Source: Prorocentrum cordatum (Eukaryota). Taken from it: a stretch of DNA of 64,000 nucleotides. The notes under the pieces were generated by a model. The model saw only the letters and a list, made by a program, of their open reading frames with translations. It had not been told where the DNA came from and did no database searches. Location: NCBI GenBank assembly GCA_963575745.1, contig CAUYUJ010000018.1, forward strand, positions 1-64,000, in the 5' to 3' direction. Shown here piece after piece: positions 45,745-58,250 of this stretch (the first letter of the stretch is position 1; every line of letters starts with the position of its first letter). The translations under genes were made by a program, and so were the position numbers.

Positions 45745-46908
45745 CTGATACGTGGTCTTGCTCACGCCGTGCCCTTCACTCTGGACAATCCGAACTCCTT
45801 CTGCCTGGCCGTGACCAAAACCATACTTCAGATGACGATGGCGCAAAGCCTGCCCCAGGACGCGCTCGACATCCTCGAAGGTCTGCAGCAGGGGCAGCGG
45901 GTCCTTGGACTTCTGACGAAGTCGGCGAGCGTTCAAAGTCCTCGGCGCGCTGCGGGCTCGGGCCGCCGACTTGAGGGCGTCTGGAAGACTCTCGAGCCAC
46001 GTGCGGCAGACTTTGTGCGAGGCTTGAATCGGCTGCCAACGAGAAGCCAGATGCTGGACCAGTGGTCTCGCACCATCCAATGCGTAATGAACTCGGTCCT
46101 CGCCCAACAAGGTATCCAAGGTGTGCGCGCTGTCGGCTTCGAGCGCATTGCCGCCCGGGCCCGGATAAAAGGTCCCGCACCACGCAGCGAGCACGTCCAG
46201 CGTGCACCTGATGGGAGGGTCGAGGCCTTTGAGATGCTCGACAAGACGGCCTCTGGATTCTTCGGACTCGAAGAACTGAGAATAACCAATGGAACGTAAG
46301 ACGTCTCCAATAGCCAACTCCAATGCCTCGCCTGACTCAACAGCCCCTTCGGGAGAGAAGTCCACGTTGAGCCAATGCTTGATGATCCTGATTGGGCAGG
46401 CGATTTGCTGATCAGCAAGCCATTGCTTTATACTGTCGGCATCCCCCGCCGCAGTCTCCTCGGCGAGGTATTCACGCAGACGTTGACCCACGCGCTGCTC
46501 CAAATCCTGCGCCGACGAACACCAGGATGGCGCGCCACCGCCATGATGCCGCATCCACTCCCTCATGACGGCATCGGTCGTGTTGAGCCCGGCCTGGCTC
46601 CGGAGTTCCCGGACAAGCTTGAAACTGCTGTGCCGCCCCTCTCCCTGGAACTGCCGGAGCTTCTCACCGGCACGGGCCTCCAGCGCTACATACCCATGGA
46701 TTGTTTCGAGATCCGCAGCGGCACGGTGCTTGTCGAACCAAGTACGGAAGACCCCTTCCGCGACGGACACGTCGGGGCACGTGCGTTCCCACTGGCGCAA
46801 GATCTGCCGAGGGGTCGTTTTGTCAGAAAAAGGTACAGCACGCAATACGTGGCCATACTCGTGCTCCAGCTGCCGCGCGTTGATCCGGGCCTCCTGCTGC
46901 TGTGGCAT
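45745..46908 (-). CDS. RepHel predicted exon 1: tandem HTH-like repeats
   Basis: Repeated LE..(V/A)G..LR ... L ... (V/I)...W pattern that continues into exon 2; GC donor at 45744 and AG acceptor at 45555 give TTYQ|TWYDHH. Confidence 0.7.
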
Positions 46909-46960
46909 CGGGGCAGAGAGGCTGCAGAACGGCGCTGACCGGTACCGAGAAGAAGCCTGC

Positions 46961-46982
46961 CTTGAGCCAAGACGGCAACTGT
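46961..46982 (-). other. Relict spliced leader upstream of RepHel
   Basis: ACAGTTGCCGTCTTGGCTCAAG, 18/22 to the dinoflagellate SL, 52 nt upstream of the ATG at 46908. Confidence 0.75.
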
Positions 46983-47769
46983 GTTGTGAGCAGGAAGAGA
47001 TGGGGGCGAGCACGAGGAGGAATGGTGTCGCAGATGAGTGCGATGGCAAGCAACACGGAGGAAGAGGCAGCAGCAGGAAGAAGCAGGCGGAAACTCGAGC
47101 CTCGTGTAACATAAGATATTCGAAGCGGGAGTGCGCTGGAACTAAGACGATCGACTGTCTTGTGTCGCTGGAGACCTAGATCCTCGTGCAAGAAGTGATA
47201 CCCCAGACCTACCCGGGACTGAATTCAGTGAATCTTTCCAAGCGCGCACCCGTCTGGTGGAACAGAAACGCCCCAAGAAGCACAGAAAGGTAGGGTGAGA
47301 AGTGAGTCAAGGGAGGAGGAGGAAGGGGAGGAAGGAGAGGGGAGGGAGTAGTGCAAAACCAACAAAAGTAGTGGTGGAATGCTTCTGACGAACACGCCAG
47401 CGGGGTCTACCTTGGGGGTCACACCCCGACAGGACCGGAATTCTCAGCGCACCTCCTAAGAGGGCCTCAGGGCAAATACAATCTCCCGTGCGGGCTCCAG
47501 GTTGATCTCTCGGCGAGCAGCAGGAGGGGAGATGGAAGAGGAGGGGGGCATAAGCAAGAAGAGATGGGGGAGTACGGAGTGGGATGATTACGAGAACCCA
47601 GGTTCTGCCTCTCCCGTGCGGGCTCCAGGTTGCTCTCTCGGCGAGCAGCAGGAGGGGAGATGGAAGAGGAGGGGGGAATGAGCAAGAAGAGATGGGGGAG
47701 CACGGAGTGGGAGGAGTACGATAACCCAGGCGAGAGCGCCAATCCTGAGTAAATCGTATGGAACTCTCT

Positions 47770-48352
47770 GGAGGGAACGGGGGTCCTGACCAATTTCTGA
47801 GGAAGTCTTAAGCCGGAACGAATGCCTTGAATAAACTGCGAGGACGTCTCATGCGGGAGCGGGGGCCCTGACTAAAAAGCGGAGGCAAACATCTCCAGAA
47901 CGGGAGCGGGGGCCCTGACTAAATTCTACGGAAGTCTTAAATGGGAGCGCCATTCCTGAATAAAAAGTGAAGCCAGGCGGGAGGGGGGGGTCTTGCCTAC
48001 ATTGCGGGAGCCCAGCATCAGCGGGAGAGGGCGGAGAAGCACCAGAAACGCTGCACTGCGAAGATCGCGGCCCAGATCGCAATCCGGCCGAAAGAACACG
48101 CAGCCGACTCAGACATCTGATGTCGCAAATCTGTTTCCGAAACGTCTAAGCCTAACCCGCCAGAGCGCCATTCTTCAAGGAAGTCTCGGGCGGGAGCGGG
48201 GGTCCCGCGAAAATTGTGCGAAGTCTCAGGCGGGGAGCCCACGGTGGGCGGGCGGACCCTGACAGGCGGGCCGGGCGGGCAGGAAAAATGTCAAAGAATC
48301 GTAAGCGAGAGCGCCATTCGTGAGTAAGTTTAAAAAATCTCAGGCGGGAGCG
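47770..48352. repeat. CTCAGGCGGGAGCG satellite-like repeat (about 42-bp unit); 48039-48350 is repeated directly at about 55613-55945
   Basis: Shared aagcaccagaaacgctgcactgcgaagatcgcggcccagatcgcaatccg block. Confidence 0.85.
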
Positions 48353-48374
48353 AGAGCCAGAACCAGAACCAGAA

Positions 48375-48405
<31 letters not shown>

Positions 48406-48505
48406 CAAAACCAGAACCAGAGCGAGAGCCAGAACCAGAACCAGAACCAGAACCAGACCCAGAGCCAGAGCCAGAGCCAGAGCAAAAACCAGAGCGAGAG
48501 CCAGC

Positions 48506-48541
<36 letters not shown>

Positions 48542-48632
48542 GCCAGATCCAGAACCAGAACCAGAGCGATAGCCAGAACCAGAACCAGAACCAAAGCCAG
48601 AGCCAGAGTCAGAGCCAGAGCCAGAGCCAAAG

Positions 48633-48687
<55 letters not shown>

Positions 48688-48704
48688 CAGAACCAGAACC
48701 AAAG

Positions 48705-48735
<31 letters not shown>

Positions 48736-49077
48736 CATAGACAGAGCCATAGCCAGAACCAGAACCAGAGCCAGACCCAGAGCCAGAGCCAGAACCAGAG
48801 CGAGAGCCAGAACCAGAACCAGAACAAGAAGCAGAACCAGAACAAGAGCCAGAGCCCGAGCCTGAGCCAGACCAAGAGCCAGAACCGGAGCGAGAGCCAG
48901 AGCCAGAACCAGAACCAGAGCCAGAGCCAGAGCCAGAGCCAGAACCAGAGCGAGAGCCAGAACCAGAGCCAGAACCAGAACCAGAGCCAGAGCCAGACCC
49001 AGAGCCAGAACCAGAGCGAGAGCCAGAACCAGAACCAGGGCCAGAGCCAGAGCCAGAATCAGAGAGAGAGCCATACT

Positions 49078-49111
<34 letters not shown>

Positions 49112-49309
49112 GCCAGAGCCAGAGCCAGAACCAGAGCGATAGCCAGAGCCAGAAGCAGAGCCAGAGCCAAAAGCAGAGCCGGAGCCAGAGCCAGAGCCAG
49201 AANNNNNNNNNNNNNNNNNNNNNNNNNNNNNNNNNNNNNNNNNNNNNNNNNNNNNNNNNNNNNNNNNNNNNNNNNNNNNNNNNNNNNNNNNNNNNNNNNN
49301 NNACCAGAA

Positions 49310-49346
<37 letters not shown>

Positions 49347-49484
49347 CAGAACCAGAGCCAGAGGCAGAGCCAGAGCCAGAGCCAAGAACCAGAGCGAGAG
49401 AAAGAACCAAAACCCGAGCCAGAGCCAGAGCCAGAGCCAGAACCAGAGCCAGAGCCAGAGCCAGAGCCAGAACCAGAGCGAGAG

Positions 49485-49515
<31 letters not shown>

Positions 49516-50044
49516 GAGAGCCAGAGCCAGAGCCAAAGCCAGAGCCAGCGCCAGAGCCAAAGCCAGGGCCAGAACCAGAGCCAGAGCCGGAGCCAGAGCC
49601 AGAGCCAGAGCCACAGCCATAGCCAGAGCCAGAGCCAGAACCAGAGACCGAGCCAGAGCCAGAGCCAGAGCCAGAGCCAGAACCAGAGCCAGAGCCAGAG
49701 CCAGAACCAGAACCAGAGCAAGAGCAGAGCCAGAGCCAGAGCACATGCAAGAGGCCAGCACACCTAGACAACACCCCTGAACAGAGCCGTGCACGAGCAC
49801 TAGAGCACAGAACCAGACCAGAAACTCACGAGCACCGAGTGCCAGAACCAGAACCAGAACCAGAGCCAGAGCCAGACGCACCGTCGCACATTTCCACCAG
49901 AGCCAGACAAAGCCCCCAGCCAGAGCCACGCGCCTGAAGCAGACGCACCCGAACTCAGCAGACCCGAGCTGAGTGCCACGCCTTCCCCCCCCAGAGCCAG
50001 AGACAGAGCCAGAACCAGAGCCAGAGCCAGAGCCAGAGCCAGAA

Positions 50045-50075
<31 letters not shown>

Positions 50076-50134
50076 CAGAACCAGAGCGAGAGCCAAAACC
50101 AGAACCAGAAACAGAGCCAGAGCCAGAGCCAGAG

Positions 50135-50195
<61 letters not shown>

Positions 50196-50478
50196 CAGAA
50201 CCAAGACCAGAGCGAGAGCCAGAACCAGAACCATAACCAGAGCCAGAACCACAGCCACAGCCAGAGCCAGAGCCAGAGCCAGAGCCAAAGCCAGAGCCAG
50301 AGCCAGAACCAGAGCCAGAATACCATTCTCCAGTGACAAGCGCGAAACCAGAACAGAGCCGAGACAGAGCAAGAGCCAGAGCCAGAGCCAGAGACAGAGC
50401 CTGGAGCCAGTGCCAGAACCAGACAGAAAGCACCTGACAGAACCAGAACCAGAGCGAGAGCCAGAACCAGAACCAGAA
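48352..50478. repeat. (CCAGAG/CCAGAA)n hexamer array containing a 100-N assembly gap (49203-49302)
   Basis: Direct reading of the sequence. Confidence 0.97.
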
Positions 50479-50758
50479 CGGGCGGGGGCGGGAGCTCTGG
50501 AAAGGAAAAACGCAAAAATCATGAAAAAATATGAAAATCAAAAATTTCCTGCTTCCACGAATGTGTTAGAAAACAAAGAGAAAAACCAATGAGAGGGTTC
50601 ACATACAGACCTCGCGGCCGGCCCATTTTCTGAGCTGCCGTGGCGGCGCGGCGGGCCGGCACGCGCCGCGAGAGTCCAAAATCGAGCGCCCGGTCGCTCT
50701 CTGCACCCCCGCCAGAGCGGGCAGACGACGGCTACGGGGAGGGGCACGCGGGAACTCC

Positions 50759-51345
50759 CTAACAGGCCGGGCGGTCCATGATCGCTAGCGGCGGGGCCTG
50801 GTTCTTGGCGCGTTCGACGCGGAACTCCCTACCCGCATACCTGGTGCGGTCCCACTGCAAGCACGACTGCGTGCCGTCGCCCGTGGTGTAGCGGACGAAG
50901 GCATAGCCCGCGATGCGGTTCTGGTCCGCGTTCATCGGCACTTGGAGCTCTGTGATAGGGCCGGCGTAGGCGAGATGCTGACGAACCTCGTCCTGCGGGG
51001 GGGGGTCTGCGCAGGGAAAAACTACGAACGGAGTCCCCTGGGGTGGGGGGTGGGGGGGTGGGGGGGGTGGGAGGGATGGGGGGGGGGGCTAGTGACGGTG
51101 CCAATTTTTTGTGTTGGTGTTTACGTGCCGCGCAGTCCTCCGTCAAAGAGTGGGACAGGTTGCGCACATGCAACTTGGGCTGGCCTGCGGCGTTCGGCGG
51201 GTAAGGTTGTGGACGTGGCCCGGGCTTGCCTGGGGTGTGGCCGGGATTGCACCGGGGCCCTTCAGGCGCAAGAGGGTCGTGTTCGCGATCCCTGCGGGCG
51301 TTCGGTCGAAGCCTTCTCGTCGTAGGCTATGGCCACATCGCCATC
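50759..51345 (-). pseudogene. 5'-truncated duplicate of the RRM gene
   Basis: 50470-51345 is nearly identical to 52805-53685; small indels upstream of RNP2; 5' part replaced by the hexamer array. Confidence 0.7.
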
Positions 51346-51359
51346 CGAGGCTGCGCAGG

Positions 51360-51874
51360 CCAGAACCAGAAACCAGAACCAGAACCCCGCCCAGAGCCAG
51401 AGCTGAGCCAGCCAAAGCCAGAAGCCAGAGCGTGGAAACCAGAGCCAGAGACAGTGCCAGAGCCAGACCAGAAGCAGCAGACAGCAGCCAGAGCCAGAGC
51501 CAGAGCCAGAGCCACAGCCAGAGCCAGAGCCAGAGCCAGATCCAGAGCCAGAGCCAGAGCCAGAGCCAGAACCAGAACCAGAGCCAGAGCCAGAACCAGC
51601 ACCAGAACCAGAGCCAGAGCCAGAGAGCCAGAGCCAGAGCCAGAGCCAGAACCAGAACCAGAGCGAGAGCCAGACCCCGAACCAGAACCAGAGCCAGAGC
51701 CAGAGCCAGAGCCAAAGCCAGAGCCAGAGCCAGAACCAGAGCCAGAGGCAGAGCCAGAGCCAGAGCCAAGAACCAGAGCGAGAGAAAGAACCAAAACCCG
51801 AGCCAGAGCCAGAGCCAGAGCCAGAACCAGAGCCAGAGCCAGAGCCAGAGCCAGAACCAGAACCAGAGCGAGAG

Positions 51875-51905
<31 letters not shown>

Positions 51906-52102
51906 GAGAGCCAGAGCCAGAGCCAAAGCCAGAGCCAGCGCCAGAGCCAAAGCCAGGGCCAGAACCAGAGCCAGAGCCGGAGCCAGAGCCAGAGCCAGAG
52001 CCACAGCCAAAGCCAGAGCCAGAGCCAGAACCAGAGACAGAGCCAGAGCCAGAGCCAGAGCCAGAGCCAGAACCAGAGCCAGAGCCAGAGCCAGAACCAG
52101 AA

Positions 52103-52133
<31 letters not shown>

Positions 52134-52340
52134 CACAGCCAGAGCCAGAGCCAGAGCCAGATCCAGAGCCAGAGCCAGAGCCAGAGCCAGAACCAGAACC
52201 AGAGCCAGAGCCAGAACCAGCACCAGAACCAGAGCCAGAGCCAGAGAGCCAGAGCCAGAGCCAGAGCCAGAACCAGAACCAGAGCGAGAGGCCGAGCCAG
52301 AAGCCAGACTGCAGAACCAGAGCGAGAGCCAGAACCAGAA

Positions 52341-52377
<37 letters not shown>

Positions 52378-52454
52378 CATAGCCAGAGCCAGAGCCAGAA
52401 CCAGAGCCAGAGCCAGAGCCAGAACCAGAACCAGAGCGAAAGCCAGAACCAGAA

Positions 52455-52485
<31 letters not shown>

Positions 52486-52514
52486 CAAAGCCAGAGCCAG
52501 AGCCAGAGCCAGAA

Positions 52515-52545
<31 letters not shown>

Positions 52546-52586
52546 CAGAACCAGAACCAGACCGAGAGCCAGAACCAGAACCAGAA

Positions 52587-52617
<31 letters not shown>

Positions 52618-52622
52618 CAAAG

Positions 52623-52665
<43 letters not shown>

Positions 52666-52699
52666 CAGACCAGAACCAGAGCCAGAGCCAGAACCAGAA

Positions 52700-52748
<49 letters not shown>

Positions 52749-52812
52749 CAGAACCAGAGCCAGAGCCAGAGCCAGAACCAGAACCAGAGCGCGAGCCAGA
52801 ACCAGAACCAGA
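51360..52812. repeat. (CCAGAG/CCAGAA)n hexamer array
   Basis: Direct reading of the sequence. Confidence 0.97.
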
Positions 52813-53093
52813 ACGGGCGGGGGCGGGAGCTCTGGAAAGGAAAAACGCAAAAATCATGAAAAAATATGAAAATCAAAAATTTCCTGCTTCCACGAATGTG
52901 TTAGAAAACAAAGAGAAAAACCAATGAGAGGGTTCACATACAGACCTCGCGGCCGGCCCTTTTTCTGAGCTGCCGTGGCGGCGCGGCGGGCCGGCACGCG
53001 CCGCGAGAGTCCAAAATCGAGCGCCCGGTCGCTCTCTGCACCCCCGCCAGAGCGGGCAGACGACGGCTACGGGGAGGGGCACGCGGGAACTCC

Positions 53094-53811
53094 CTAACAG
53101 GCCGGGCGGTCCATGATCGCTAGCGGCGGGGCCTGGTTCTTGGCGCGTTCGACGCGGAACTCCCTACCCGCATACATGGTGCGGTCCCACTGCAAGCACG
53201 ACTGCGTGCCGTCGCCCGTGGTGTAGCGGACGAAGGCATAGCCCGCGATGCGGTTCTGGTCCGCGTTCATCGGCACTTGGAGCTCTGTGATAGGGCCGGC
53301 GTAGGCGAGATGCTGACGAACCTCGTCCTGCGGGGGGGGGTCTGCGCAGGGAAAAACTACGAACGGAGCCCCCTGGGGTGGGGGGTGGGGGGGTGGGGGG
53401 GGTGGGAGGGATGGGGGGGGGGGCTAGTGACGGTGCCAATTTTTTGTGTTGGTGTTTACGTGCCGCGCAGTCCTCCGTCAAAGAGTGGGACAGGTTGCGC
53501 ACATACAACTTGGGCTGGCCTGCGGCGTTCGGCGGGTAAGGTGTGGACGTGGCCGGGTTTGCCTGGGGTGTGGCGGGTGCCACCGCGGGGCCCTTCAGGC
53601 GCAAGAGGGTCGTGTTCGCGATCCACCTGCGGGCGTTCGGGTCGAAGCCCTTCTCGTCGTAGGCTATGGCCACATCGCCATCGAGGCTGGCACCCAAGAT
53701 CCTGCACGAAATCCAACGGCTGAAAGTCGGTGAGTTGTACTCGGCCTCGGCCCCTATGGGGAACTGCACGAGTACACGGCGCTGCGCCCCGACGCAGGCT
53801 GGACTAATCAT
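53094..53811 (-). CDS. RRM-domain RNA-binding protein, two predicted exons (53811-53473 and 53327-53094), about 190 aa
   Basis: RNP2 KLYVRNL; splicing a 145-nt GA-AG intron gives SLTE|DEVRQHLAYAGPITELQVPMNAD..; RNP1 AGYAFVRY; ending GREFRVERAK. Confidence 0.75.
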
Positions 53812-53984
53812 CGCGCCGGTCGCGGCAGAGGTCCCGAGGGCAAGTGATTTGGTGCAGCGCTGGAGCCACAGCTACACGGAGGGAGGGGGAGAGAAAGAAT
53901 ATGAAACAGGGGAGGAGGGGATGTGGGGAGGGACTGAGAGGAATGAGCAAGCAGACATGGGGGAGTGCGGAGAAGCAGGACCAC

Positions 53985-54098
53985 GATGATCGAGAAGACG
54001 AAGAAGATGATGATGATGATGATGACGACGACGACGACGACGACGACGATGATGATGATGATGGTGGTGGTGGTGGTGATGATGATGATGATGACGAT

Positions 54099-54176
<78 letters not shown>

Positions 54177-54219
54177 CGATGACGATGACGATGATGACGA
54201 TGACGATGACGATGATGAT

Positions 54220-54260
<41 letters not shown>

Positions 54261-54261
54261 C

Positions 54262-54299
<38 letters not shown>

Positions 54300-54396
54300 G
54301 TGGTGGTGATGATGATGATGATGATGATGATGATGCTGACGATGCTGATGATGCTGATGCTGATGATGATGATGACGACGACGCGACGACGACGAC

Positions 54397-54428
<32 letters not shown>

Positions 54429-54509
54429 TGATGATGATGATGATGGTGATGGTGACGGTGGCGGTGATGATGATGATGATGCTGATGATGCTGAGGATGA
54501 TGATGACGC

Positions 54510-54550
<41 letters not shown>

Positions 54551-54609
54551 CTGATGATGCTGATGATGCTGATGATGCTGATGATGCTGATGATGATGAC
54601 GACGACGAC

Positions 54610-54641
<32 letters not shown>

Positions 54642-54720
54642 TGATGATGATGATGATGGTGATGGTGACGGTGACGGTGATGATGATGGTGATGGTGATG
54701 ATAATGATGATGATGATGAT
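53985..54720. repeat. (GAT/GAC)n trinucleotide array, flanked by a direct repeat of about 80 bp (53930-54010 and 54831-54910)
   Basis: gggactgagaggaatgagcaagcagacatgggggagtgcggagaagcaggaccacga occurs on both sides. Confidence 0.93.
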
Positions 54721-55269
54721 GCCGACGCTACCTTCGAACAAACCCGAAACTGCTGAAGCTGAAACTAAGACTGGCAATCAATCAGGTGCTTGATCAGTCG
54801 ACTACCCTGGGCTCGAGCCCGATCCCCCCCTGGGACTGAGAGGAATGAGCAAGCAGACATGGGGGAGTGCGGAGAAGCAGGACCACGAGGATCGAGAAGA
54901 CGAAGAAGATGCAGGAAAACGAAGAATGGAAGGAGGTGGAGGAGGAGTGGATATTGAGTTGGAGTGGGAAGAAAGAGCTCAAAGACATGGGGGAGTACGG
55001 AGCAGGATGAATACGAGAAAAGAGAGTAAGAACACGAGCAAGGGGAGAAAGGCGAGAGAGATCCGCAGGAAGGGAAGGCAAATGCGAAGAAGACGAAGAG
55101 GGTGCGGAATAACGAGTTAAGTTTAGGCGAAGGCTTCCACTGATGTGTGCCAAGCAACTCTTCACCTGCCGGGGGGAGGTTCCAGTCAAAGCAAGGATTA
55201 CAATACAAGATGTGAATGAACACAGGTGCAGAAACCGTACTGAAGCTGTAATCATCCGCCCTGGAGGCG

Positions 55270-55610
55270 AGGGAGGCCAAGAGAAGGGAGAGCTGGAGCC
55301 CCCAGACCTCGGCAGTCAGGCTGCCGTCGCCAGCCGTCGGCCCGAAGATGGTTCCGAAAGCGATGGGCTGCCAGACTCCGTGCACCCGTATCCGCACGAC
55401 GGTGGCAGCCGCGGAGGCCCCACTTACCGGGTTGTGCCCCCCCTCGCTGTGACAGAGAACGTGGAGAGGCTGATTACCCAGCGGATTCAAAATTGGGTTG
55501 ATGCGCAAAAAGCTACTCTGGCGTTGCATGGCGTATCGGGCCACGCGGTCCGCCTCTTTGTCGAAACACCGTGTTCTCCATTCGATGTCGAAAACCGCCT
55601 CCATGTCGCA
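55270..55610 (-). pseudogene. Retroelement RNase H-like remnant
   Basis: WRTRCFDKEADRVA (RNase H C-terminal W..R..N..AD..A-like) followed by HSEGG..GASAAA..SLTAEVWGL (RNase H N-terminal DG/AE-like). Confidence 0.55.
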
Positions 55611-55612
55611 AA

Positions 55613-56475
55613 AGCACCAGAAACGCTGCACTGCGAAGATCGCGGCCCAGATCGCAATCCGCCCGAAAGAACACGCAGCCGACTCAGACATCCGATGTCG
55701 CAAATCTTGTTCCGACATGAACCCGAGAATGTCTGGACGCCTGGACCGCGAGAGCGCCATTCCTCAAGGAAGTCTCGGGCGGGATCGGGGGTCCCGAAAA
55801 AATTGTAAGAAGTCTCCGGCGGGAGTCCACGTCGAGCGGACAGACCCTGACAGGCGGGCCGGGCGGGCAGGACATTCAATACATGTCGAGGAAGTCGTAA
55901 GCGAGAGCGCCATTCCCAAGTAAATTGCGAGGAGATCTCAGGCGGGAGCGGGGTCCTGACTAAATTGTGAGGACATCTCAAGCGGGAGCGCTGTTCCTGA
56001 GCAAATTGCGAGGAAGTCGCAGGCGGGAGCAAAAGTCCTGACTAAATTGCATGAAATGTCAAGCGGGAGCGCCGTTCCTGAATAAACTTCGATGAAGTCT
56101 CAGGCGGGAGCGGCGGTCCTGACAAAATTGCGAGGACGTCTCAGGCGGGAGCGCCCTTCTTGAGTAAATTGCCAGGAAGACTCAGGCGGGAGCGGGAGTC
56201 CTGAGTAAAATTGGAGAAAGTCTCAGGCGGGAGCCGTTGTTGTTGTAGCCCGGGGGGCAGGGGCACAGTTTGAGCATGATAAACTTCGATTAAGTCTCAG
56301 GCGGGAGCGGCGGTCCTGACAAAATTGCGAGGACGTCTCAGGCGGGAGCGCCCTTCTTGAGTAAATTGCCAGGAAGACTCAGGCGGGAGCGGGAGTCCTG
56401 AGTAAAATTGGAGGAAGTCTCAGGCGGGAGCCGTTGTTGTTGTAGCCCGGGGGGCAGGGGCACAGTTTGAGCATG
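55613..56475. repeat. CTCAGGCGGGAGCG satellite array with an internal tandem duplication of about 200 bp
   Basis: About 42-bp periodicity; 56082-56278 is repeated at 56279-56476. Confidence 0.88.
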
Positions 56476-56594
56476 AAGACTTTCCTTGAGAAAAAACAAG
56501 GTGCGAGCCCCGGGGGTGGCACTTCAATCGAAAAAAATCAATGTGCACCGGTGGGGGGGGATCAACAATAATTATTCTTCAAGAATGAGAGTTC

Positions 56595-56650
<56 letters not shown>

Positions 56651-57358
56651 ACACTTTACCCGAACGCTCAGTGTTCTCACCAGTGCCAGGGTTTTCATGC
56701 GACGCCAGCCAATACCCCCACTTTGTGGGGGGGCAGTGCAAGCTCTACCAAATATCCACACGACTCTTCGCCACCACCCACACCCAGCTTCCCGCCCTAT
56801 GACGTTCGGACACTTCACTTCGTGGCCTGCGGACGACCGTGGCTACTACACTGGCGTGGAGTACACACCCACAGAAGTTGTTAAGCCTACGTTCGTACAG
56901 CCCCTGGCAGGCGCGCGAACCCCGTTGCAAGAGCGTGCGAAAGTAGCTCGCGCGAGCTCATGTAACATAAATGTTGGAAAACCATTTGTTTTTTTTAGGA
57001 TTCGGACAGCGCGCGCGGGTAGAAATTTTGAAAAGTCGTGCAGGTGTTTTTCGAGGACCTACGGTGCGATTCGTGTGATTTTATGATGCGCGGTGCTAAA
57101 ATTCTTAAGAAGCCCAATGGTTTTTGGAGATTTCGGCGTGCGCGCGCGAAGAAAAAACGAATGTGTCCCGCATGGTATTATTTGACAGGGATGATGGCCC
57201 TGGCAGGTGCGCAACCGTTGTCGCAGAAGTTCGAAAAAGTTGCTCGCAAAAGCCCGTTTGACAGAAATGTTTAAAAAGTGTTGGGTTTCCTACGAATCCG
57301 CAAGAGCGCGCGGGATGAGATTTTGACAATTTTTTGTTGAAAAACCATTGGTTTTTTG

Positions 57359-57391
<33 letters not shown>

Positions 57392-57413
57392 TAACAACAA
57401 CAACAACAACACC

Positions 57414-57429
<16 letters not shown>

Positions 57430-57445
<16 letters not shown>

Positions 57446-58215
57446 CAACAATTACTAGCACGTGGGGACACTCCGTTCTCACCAGTGCCAGGGTTTTCAT
57501 AGGAGGCGGGCAATACCCCCACTTTGTGGGGGGGCCGGTTCAAGCTCTACCAAATTTCCAAACGACTCTTCGCCACCACCCACACCCAGCTTCCCGCCCT
57601 ATGACGTTCGGACACTTCACTTCGTGGCATGCGGACGACCGTGGCTACTATTCAGGGCCCCGCGGCCGACGACGACGGCGTGCGCGCGCGAAGAAAAAAC
57701 GAATGTGTCCCGCATGGTATTATTTGACAGGGATGATGGCCCTGGCAGGTGCGCAACCGTTGTTGCAGAAGTTCGAAAAAGTTGCTCGCAAAAGCCCGTT
57801 TGACAGAAATGTTTAAAAAGTGTTGGGTTTCCTACGAATCCGCAAGAGCGCGCGGGATGAAATTTTGACATTTTTTTGTTTGAAAAACCATTGGTTTTTT
57901 GATGTTTTTATGTTAAAATCGCTACGAACACTAAGGTTTTGGAAGGATTTCGTCTTGCGCGCGCGAATGTCCACTTTACCTTATTTTTTGCAAGGGATTC
58001 TTGAAGTTTGGTTATGTTAGAACAAGAAATGTCCACTTTAGCTTATTTTTTGCAAGGGAAAACGGGGGACAACAAAACAACCGGATCTGGACCACATCGT
58101 TTTGCCTGAGACTTCCTCACGAAAATGATGAAAATGAGGCTGCGGCCTAGGCGCGGCGGGGGGGTCGTGCACCAGGGGTCCCAACAATAATTATTCTTAA
58201 GAAGAAATAATGTTC

Positions 58216-58250
<35 letters not shown>

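Larger units (their letters stand above)
37527..46982 (-). mobile_element. Helitron-type rolling-circle transposon (termini not identified; span is approximate)
   Basis: HUH/Y2 Rep joined to a Pif1 helicase; lower GC and non-repetitive compared with the flanks. Confidence 0.75.

Noticed and set aside
48152..52876. Long ORFs of SG, LA, LW, EP or QS dipeptides
   Set aside because: Stop-free readings of the CCAGAG hexamer array on both strands
53860..53880. Possible SL relic upstream of the RRM gene (TCCGTGTAGCTGTGGCTCCAG)
   Set aside because: Needs gaps and mismatches to align; not distinguishable from chance
53872..54793. Poly-Met/Asp/Ile ORFs (also at 61808-63995)
   Set aside because: Trinucleotide repeat artefacts
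55613..56475. Regularly spaced repeat resembling CRISPR
   Set aside because: Intervening sequences are themselves similar; it is a satellite
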